DNA of 59,054 nucleotides from a bacterium (GTDB lineage Bacteria; Cyanobacteriota; Vampirovibrionia; Gastranaerophilales; JBAXKC01): NCBI GenBank assembly GCA_037137535.1, contig JBAXKC010000016.1, positions 1 to 59,054 of the forward strand, read 5' to 3'. Shown piece by piece: positions 52,681 to 59,054 of this stretch (position 1 is its first letter; each line of letters starts with the position of its first letter). The notes under the pieces were generated by a model. It saw only the letters and a program-made list of their open reading frames with translations, ran no database searches and was not told where the DNA came from. The position numbers and the translations under genes were made by a program.

Positions 52681-55062
52681 ATGAATACTCAAAAAAGAAC
52701 ATTAAGAGCCCTTGAATGGGACAATATAGTAAAAAAACTATCTTTACTGGCAATGTCTGAGCCTGGGAAAGAGAGAGCCCTTGAGCTTGAATTACTGACA
52801 GATTTTTCTGATATTAAAAATGCAATCATGCAGACCTCCGAAGCAAAAAGTTTATTAGACAGAGAATTACTTCCTGATTTTAGCGAATTTTTCAAAATAA
52901 AAGAAGCATTAAATTTAATTAGGGCAGGATACTCTTTAAACAGCGAAGAATTACTTAAAGTTGCTAAAAATTTAAGAACTTCAAGAAGAATTAAATCATT
53001 TTTAGCAAAATATAAAGATTTATCTATACTTTTAAACCAAATAGCCATTGATTTATATGAAAATAGAGAACTTGAAGACTCAATTATTAATATTTTTGAT
53101 GATAACGGCAATATGCTTGATAATGCAAGCCATGAGCTAAAAAGCCTGAGAATGAGCATTAGAGATCAACTTGCAAACCTTAAAGCAAGACTGAACTCTT
53201 TGCTTAACGCCCCTGGGTTTTCAAAATATCTTCAAGAGCCTGTTTTCACAATCAGAGATGAGAGATATGTATTTCCCATTAAAATTGAATATAAATCTAA
53301 CGTCCCCGGCATTGTGCATGACAGCTCTTCAAGCGGTGCAACTCTTTATATAGAACCAACTGCCATCATTCCTCTAAATAACGCGATTAGAGAAACCGAA
53401 ATAAAAATAGAAACGGAAATAAAGAGAATTTTAGCTGAATTATCTGCAAAGATTAATGAATTTTCTAAAGAAATAGATGAAACTTCTGTAGTGCTGGCGG
53501 AATTAGATTTTATATTCGCAAAAGCAAGATACAGTATACTTTTAAAAGCGGTTGAGCCTGACTTAAACAGAGATAAATTTGTTGTTTTAAAAGGGGCAAA
53601 ACATCCTATATTATTGACATTAATTGACAAAGTTGTTCCTAATGACGTTGAAATAGGCAAAAACTTTAACAGTTTAATAATCACAGGTTCTAATACAGGC
53701 GGAAAAACAGTTGTATTAAAAACAATAGGCTTATGCGTACTTATGACAAGGGCAGGGCTTCATGTTCCCGCTTATTCTGCAAATATCTATCCTTACAGCA
53801 AGGTTTTTGCGGATATTGGAGATGAACAAAGTCTTGTGCAAAACTTATCAACTTTCTCAGGACACATGACTAACATAATAGGAATTATTAATGAAGCAAA
53901 CGAAAACAGCCTTGTTTTAATGGATGAAGTAGGTGCAGGTACTGATCCGTCAGAAGGTTCGGCTTTAGCAAGAGCAATTCTGGAAGAATTATCAGCAAAA
54001 AACATTAACACAATCGCCACTACTCACTATGGCGAGTTAAAAACAATGGCTTATAAGTCGAAAAAGTTTTATAATGCCAGCGTTGAGTTTGACCTTGAAA
54101 CATTATCACCGACCTATAAACTCTTAATGGGCATACCTGGGCGAAGCAACGCACTTACAATAGCTAAAAACCTCGGAATGACAGATAGAGTAATAAATCT
54201 TGCATCGGAAATATATAACTCTGAAAAAGGCGAAGCTGATGAACTTCTTGAAGAAATTCAAAATACACAACAAGAACTTTCTAAAAATGCTGAAAAAATA
54301 GAAACCACAAAGAACGAACTTGAAAAACTTGAAACCGAATATACCGAAAATATAGACAAATTAAGACTTGAAAAGAAAAGCACAATTAACGTCTATAAAA
54401 AGAAATTTGATAATCAGGTAAATAATGCAAAATCTGAAATCAAAGAACTTCTTGAAGAAGTCAGAAGAACAAAAAGCGAAAAAATCGCTCGAAGAGCGAT
54501 AAACAGAATTAATGAACTCGAAGCAGGTTTCAGAAAAGGAACGGCCGAAGAAGTTGAAGCCTTAGAGCCTAAATATGATGCACTTGATTGGAATAATATT
54601 AAAATTGGGGACAAAATATACATTAAAGACCTTGAGCAAGAAGCAGAATTACTTTCAATGCCTGATAAAAGCGGACTTGTTCAAATTCAACTAGGTCTTT
54701 TAAAAACCAGTGTAAAAAAGAACAGAATTGCTAAATTTGATCCGAATAAAATGAAATCCTCCTCAAAAGTTTATAAATCTCCTTACGGCAAAAAGAATTA
54801 CAGTTTCTCTAGAGAAGTTATATCAAATAAACTCGACCTTAGAGGAATGAACACAGATGATGCTTTATATAAGCTGGATAAATATCTCGATGATGCAAAC
54901 CTTGCAAACTTAACTCCTGTCTATATTATCCATGGACATGGAACAGGAGTATTAAGAAGAAATGTAAGAGAATATCTGACAAGATCGCCTTATGTAAGAG
55001 AAATAAGAGCAGGAGAAAACTCCGAAGGCGGAGACGGCATTACTGTGGTTGATTTAGTTTAA
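52681..55062 (+). CDS. mutS2: Endonuclease MutS2
   Basis: SSSGATLYIEP, TGSNTGGKT, LSTFSGHM, DEVGAGTDP and C-terminal Smr IHGHGTG. Confidence 0.97.
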   Translation: MNTQKRTLRALEWDNIVKKLSLLAMSEPGKERALELELLTDFSDIKNAIMQTSEAKSLLDRELLPDFSEFFKIKEALNLIRAGYSLNSEELLKVAKNLRTSRRIKSFLAKYKDLSILLNQIAIDLYENRELEDSIINIFDDNGNMLDNASHELKSLRMSIRDQLANLKARLNSLLNAPGFSKYLQEPVFTIRDERYVFPIKIEYKSNVPGIVHDSSSSGATLYIEPTAIIPLNNAIRETEIKIETEIKRILAELSAKINEFSKEIDETSVVLAELDFIFAKARYSILLKAVEPDLNRDKFVVLKGAKHPILLTLIDKVVPNDVEIGKNFNSLIITGSNTGGKTVVLKTIGLCVLMTRAGLHVPAYSANIYPYSKVFADIGDEQSLVQNLSTFSGHMTNIIGIINEANENSLVLMDEVGAGTDPSEGSALARAILEELSAKNINTIATTHYGELKTMAYKSKKFYNASVEFDLETLSPTYKLLMGIPGRSNALTIAKNLGMTDRVINLASEIYNSEKGEADELLEEIQNTQQELSKNAEKIETTKNELEKLETEYTENIDKLRLEKKSTINVYKKKFDNQVNNAKSEIKELLEEVRRTKSEKIARRAINRINELEAGFRKGTAEEVEALEPKYDALDWNNIKIGDKIYIKDLEQEAELLSMPDKSGLVQIQLGLLKTSVKKNRIAKFDPNKMKSSSKVYKSPYGKKNYSFSREVISNKLDLRGMNTDDALYKLDKYLDDANLANLTPVYIIHGHGTGVLRRNVREYLTRSPYVREIRAGENSEGGDGITVVDLV

Positions 55063-55725
55063 TTAAACTTTGAATGAGTGAGACTTAGCCATTAACAGGA
55101 AATCATTCATTTGTACAGGCTGTTTAATTGTCTTTACAGGTGGTTTAAGTTCATTAATTACTGATGGTTTATTAATAGTTTTACCAGTGTCAAATTTAGC
55201 TTTTGGCTCTAATTTAGGTTGTTCGTTTAAAAGATTTTTATTTTTATTCATATGATTTTGAAAAATTGCTGCCAGTTTATTTCTCGCAAAGGGAGTAACA
55301 AGGCATGTTGCAAGAATAGAACCAGTCATACTGAATATAACACCGACTCCTGCTTTATATTGTTTAAGAGCATCGCCTACTTGTGGAGTTTTAGAGAAAA
55401 TTTTACCATTATCAACCAAGTATTTTCCGAAATCACCGGCTGATTTAGTAAGTGCCAGATATAAACCTGCATTAAGAACAGCATCAATAGCTTCTTGAGG
55501 TAGAAGAAAATTTTTCTTTTCTTCTGAAATATTTTTATTTTGCTTAATGGAAATAAGTTGACAGGCAGATGAAGCTATTGTTGTTGCTAAATACGTCCAA
55601 GTTAAAAGATTAACCTTATTTTCTGGAGATTTACAATAATAATCAGCAACTCCACTAATAGCATTTTTAGTATACTCAGTTGCCGGTTTAATAAAATTTT
55701 TCATGCTTTCGAGTATATTATTCAT
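55063..55725 (-). CDS. Hypothetical membrane protein
   Basis: Start at the ATG at 55725 after AGGAG; hydrophobic segments flank NKNISEEKK. Confidence 0.7.
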   Translation of the reverse strand: MNNILESMKNFIKPATEYTKNAISGVADYYCKSPENKVNLLTWTYLATTIASSACQLISIKQNKNISEEKKNFLLPQEAIDAVLNAGLYLALTKSAGDFGKYLVDNGKIFSKTPQVGDALKQYKAGVGVIFSMTGSILATCLVTPFARNKLAAIFQNHMNKNKNLLNEQPKLEPKAKFDTGKTINKPSVINELKPPVKTIKQPVQMNDFLLMAKSHSFKV

Positions 55726-55726
55726 A

Positions 55727-56287
55727 CTATTTCTTAGCTCCTTGCTTTGGTTTTTCAGCAACATTGAAAAACTTTAGTGAAGCATTAATTACCGGATTTG
55801 TTAAAGGCTTATCAATTAAGAAAGTAGAGATAACTGTACCTATACAGCCGACGAAGGTGCTTACACCTTTCTTAAAGTCTTCTGCTTGATCCATATTGAA
55901 CTCTTTAGGTATTTTGATAAAGGCTTTTTCTGATTGTGCTATAAAACTTGGCCATTTAGTTAAAGCTGTTCCAAATAAATATCTCGTAAGAACACCCATT
56001 CCTGTACCAATGAGAATTTTTACGCCTGTTTTAATTGCTGAATATTTTCTTGTTTCTTCGTCCACATTTTTATTATTTAAATCAATAAAGGGTTGAGTGG
56101 CTATTGCAGCCAAGCCCAAAACTCCTCTTTGATGCCATCCTTCCATTCCACCGGTACTTTTTATAAAGCTATCAACAAAACCATCAGGAGTTTCAATAGT
56201 AATTGGTAATTTGGCAACCTGAGCTTTGAGATTTTGCTTAATCCCACTTATAAAATTATTTCCACCTGATACGCCTTGTATACTCAA
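55727..56287 (-). CDS. Hypothetical membrane protein (distant paralog of the downstream gene)
   Basis: TTG at 56287 after GGAGAG; hydrophobic segments flank NKNVDEETR. Confidence 0.7.
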   Translation of the reverse strand: MSIQGVSGGNNFISGIKQNLKAQVAKLPITIETPDGFVDSFIKSTGGMEGWHQRGVLGLAAIATQPFIDLNNKNVDEETRKYSAIKTGVKILIGTGMGVLTRYLFGTALTKWPSFIAQSEKAFIKIPKEFNMDQAEDFKKGVSTFVGCIGTVISTFLIDKPLTNPVINASLKFFNVAEKPKQGAKK

Positions 56288-56337
56288 TACTTTTCTCTCC
56301 AAGAAGAATAACAAATAATATTTTTTATACTCATGTT

Positions 56338-56366
56338 TATTAAGTTTAAAAGTCTACACTAATTGC
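56338..56366 (-). promoter_or_regulatory. Conserved bipartite upstream motif, site 7
   Basis: GCAATT-N13-AAACTT-AATA(AACATG); shares TTAATAAACATG with site 5 at identical spacing. Confidence 0.55.
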
Positions 56367-56586
56367 CCTTAATAATAATAATTAACGCATGCTTTTACAA
56401 TTGTTAATATAAAAATAAAGTTATATTGTATTTCAAATCCTAAAATATGGCTATTTGAAAGAACTGTTAGAGCCTTAAAAGACTATGGATAGAGATTATA
56501 TAAAGGATTAATTACTGAAACACCTTGCATTCAAGCATTCTTCATCATACTATTAACAAATTATTATTAAAAGAAAGATTATTGTG

Positions 56587-56615
56587 CCAATTTTTTGTCT
56601 TAGGATTATTTAATA
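56587..56615 (+). promoter_or_regulatory. Conserved bipartite upstream motif, site 8 (degenerate)
   Basis: CCAATT-N13-TTATTT-AATA, 65 nt before the ATG at 56681. Confidence 0.4.
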
Positions 56616-56680
56616 TAAGTTAAAAACTAAGACACAAATTTATAAATCCAGTAATAATCTATGTTAAAAAGGAAATAAAG

Positions 56681-58015
56681 ATGATTAATAAACATTTATA
56701 TTCAAACGGAAATGTTTCTTTCAAAGGATATTTTGCCTGTCCTTTAAAAGCAGTATATGTTCAACCTTCACCTTTAATGAGGGATGAAGAGGAGTTATCA
56801 CTATTACAAGGTTATCAAAAAGATTTAAACAAAGAGGGCGTAGATCTATATTTTCAGCTAGAAAAGATGGCTCTCCAAAATAATCCAAAATCATACTTAA
56901 CAACTGATATAAATCAAGCTTTTAAGGATAGATCAGGCCCTTCCGAAAGGTACAGTCCATGGGGGCAGGATAATAAATTTATAGTTAATACTCCAAATGG
57001 ACTCGTTGTACTAGAAAACGGAATAATAAGAAAAAGAGAGAAAAATGCAGTAAAAGAGTTAGCTGAAAGCCTAGGGGGAGAGTACAAGAAAATGATCTCC
57101 CGATTAGATGGTGGAAATGTTTTTCTTGGGAAAACTGATGAAAAAAAGAAATTTGCTCTTGTGGGAGATGAAGCAATAGAAGATACTGCCCTTAAAATGG
57201 CATTAGCAAAGAAAGACTTCCACATCGAATTTATTAAAGCAGCAGGTAGTGGAAAAGTTCTTATTAAATTCGGGGACGAAGAATATTGCGAATCCTTGAA
57301 AAATTTAAAAAATAATAATTTAGAAAAAATGGACATACCAAATTTAGAAATAAAAGAAATTTTAAGCTCTGCATGTGAGGATTATAAAACAAATAAAAGT
57401 ACTTATTTTAAGGAAGCAAAAACTCAAATTTTCAAAGATTTAAATATTCAGGATGTAAGGTTTATAGAACAACCTGCATTTCATATTGATATGATAATGA
57501 GACCTTTAAAATATCCCTATGTACTAGTTAACGACTATAATTTATCTGTAAAATGCCTTGAAGAGGAAAAAAGTAAAACAATAAGCGTAACTGCTCAGAA
57601 TGATATTGATAAATTAATAAGTGAAACTACTTCCTTTGAAATGCAGCAAAGAAAAATGTATCCTGGAAGAGAAAATGTTGCAGAAAACTTAGAAAAACTA
57701 GGATTTAACGTAATAAAAGTGCCGGCAGTATTTGGAATATCAAACAACTTTATGAATGCGGTTGTTCATGAAAATAATGAAAATAAATTAGCCTATTTTA
57801 CCAATAAAAGCTCTTATGACGGTAATTTACATGAATTTGACTTGAATAAAATGTATGAAAATTACTTATCAAACATCGACACTCCTAACAAATTTAATTT
57901 CTATTTTGAAGGTGGTGCTGATGAGAAGGAAAGCAAAACAAACCAAATTACTGATCTTATATCAAGTGAATCAGGCGCATTACATTGCATAAGCAATGAA
58001 GTACCAATAGATTAA
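56681..58015 (+). CDS. Pentein-superfamily (arginine/agmatine deiminase-like) protein with VSFKG leader
   Basis: PWGQD, LDGGN, FHIDM and C-terminal GALHCIS in the order expected for guanidino-group-modifying enzymes. Confidence 0.72.
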   Translation: MINKHLYSNGNVSFKGYFACPLKAVYVQPSPLMRDEEELSLLQGYQKDLNKEGVDLYFQLEKMALQNNPKSYLTTDINQAFKDRSGPSERYSPWGQDNKFIVNTPNGLVVLENGIIRKREKNAVKELAESLGGEYKKMISRLDGGNVFLGKTDEKKKFALVGDEAIEDTALKMALAKKDFHIEFIKAAGSGKVLIKFGDEEYCESLKNLKNNNLEKMDIPNLEIKEILSSACEDYKTNKSTYFKEAKTQIFKDLNIQDVRFIEQPAFHIDMIMRPLKYPYVLVNDYNLSVKCLEEEKSKTISVTAQNDIDKLISETTSFEMQQRKMYPGRENVAENLEKLGFNVIKVPAVFGISNNFMNAVVHENNENKLAYFTNKSSYDGNLHEFDLNKMYENYLSNIDTPNKFNFYFEGGADEKESKTNQITDLISSESGALHCISNEVPID

Positions 58016-58109
58016 TGGAAATAAATTGCTTCTAATAAATATAGATAGAAATCAAAGCGATTTTCTTCTTTTCTCTATAATTATTTTGTCGAATAAACAT
58101 ATAAAACTC

Positions 58110-58141
58110 AAACAGGGTAAGCTATATAGCTTACCCTGTTT
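58110..58141. terminator. Bidirectional terminator
   Basis: Palindrome aaacagggtaagctat-atagcttaccctgttt. Confidence 0.8.
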
Positions 58142-58158
58142 AAAATAACAATTAATAA

Positions 58159-59054
58159 TTACTTCTTCGGCACAACCATCTTAATATAAAGCTCTCTAAG
58201 CTGAGCTTCCGAAGCAACAGCAGGAGCATCAGTCATTAAGCATTTCGCCTGTGAGTTTTTAGGGAAAGCTATAACATCTCTGATAGACGGAGTTTTTACA
58301 ATTAGTGCTACTAATCTATCAAGTCCTAAAGCGATTCCGCCATGAGGAGGTGCTCCGTATTTGAACGCATCTATCATAAACCCGAATTTCTCTGAAATTT
58401 CTTCTTCTGCAAGTCCTAAAACTCTGAAATTCTGCTGTTGAAGAGCTGAAGAATGAATACGAATACTTCCGCCACCAAGCTCATTTCCATTATAGATAAT
58501 GTCATAAGCTTTTGCACGACACTCTAAAGGTGCTGTTTCCATAAGCTCAATATCTTCATCTAAAGGTGCTGTAAACGGATGGTGAACTGCTACAAGTCTT
58601 CCTGTTTCTTCATCTTGTTCATACATCGGGAAATCAACAACCCAAAGTAAATCATGTTTACTATGGTCTATCATTTCAAGCTTTTCACCAAAATGAAGTC
58701 TTAATCTTCCAAGTATATCCAGTACAATTTTTGCTTTATCCGCTAAAAAGAATACAACATCGCCAGCTTTAGCATTTGCTCTTTTTTGAATAAGTCCGAT
58801 TTCTTCTTCTGTTAAGTATTTTAAAACAGGAGATTTAACAGTTCCGTCCTCACAATATGTAATCCAAGCAAGACCCTTTGCTCCAAAAGAAATAGCAAGA
58901 TTACGAATATCGTCCATATCTTTTCTGCTGTAATTTGCAATTCCTGGAATGGAGATAGCTCTTACTGTTCCACCACTTTTTACAACATCTGCAAAAGCGG
59001 TGAAACTGCTGTTTTCCATAACATCACTTACATCAAAAAGCTCTAAGCCAAATC
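58159..59054 (-). CDS. aspS: Aspartate--tRNA ligase (partial, 5' end outside window)
   Basis: GAKGLAW (GAD domain), HHPFT, NGNELGGGSIRIH and GAPPHGGIALGLDRL. Confidence 0.97.
   Translation of the reverse strand, partial: FGLELFDVSDVMENSSFTAFADVVKSGGTVRAISIPGIANYSRKDMDDIRNLAISFGAKGLAWITYCEDGTVKSPVLKYLTEEEIGLIQKRANAKAGDVVFFLADKAKIVLDILGRLRLHFGEKLEMIDHSKHDLLWVVDFPMYEQDEETGRLVAVHHPFTAPLDEDIELMETAPLECRAKAYDIIYNGNELGGGSIRIHSSALQQQNFRVLGLAEEEISEKFGFMIDAFKYGAPPHGGIALGLDRLVALIVKTPSIRDVIAFPKNSQAKCLMTDAPAVASEAQLRELYIKMVVPKK

Overview
Low-GC bacterial chromosomal window. By inference it is from a non-photosynthetic cyanobacterial relative (Vampirovibrionia/Melainabacteria-like): core proteins look cyanobacterial, there are no photosynthesis genes, and a FeFe-hydrogenase-associated regulator is present. 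The housekeeping backbone comprises dtd, aroA, rpmG-tRNA-Trp-secE-nusG-rplK-rplA, gatC, pyrG-cdd, SRP RNA, groESL, glyQ, hom-thrC, der, deoC, moeA, mutS2 and aspS. No mobile element or CRISPR array is visible. The main signal is a dispersed set of lineage-specific genes with two overlapping features. (1) A fixed-spacing upstream DNA motif, GCAATT-N13-TGTTTT-WWTA, found 8 times, always co-oriented and 25-65 nt before a start codon. (2) A polar N-terminal leader ending in a [VIL]-[SAG]-F-x(0-1)-[GA] motif, with no Sec signal peptide, in about 10 proteins. Cargo domains across the two sets include a peptidase-M15 plus lysozyme-like peptidoglycan hydrolase, an inactive M23 domain, a pentein/arginine-deiminase-like enzyme, an HD domain, a HEXXH protease and shuffled novel domains. 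Five leader-motif genes form a 9-kb cluster (21.8-30.9 kb). This looks like a co-regulated, non-Sec exported effector repertoire; that function is inference and no secretion apparatus lies in the window. Also noted: a dead-resolvase/HDOD fusion, a candidate structured RNA at 32.7 kb, a frameshifted leader-motif gene and several unannotated small ORFs.
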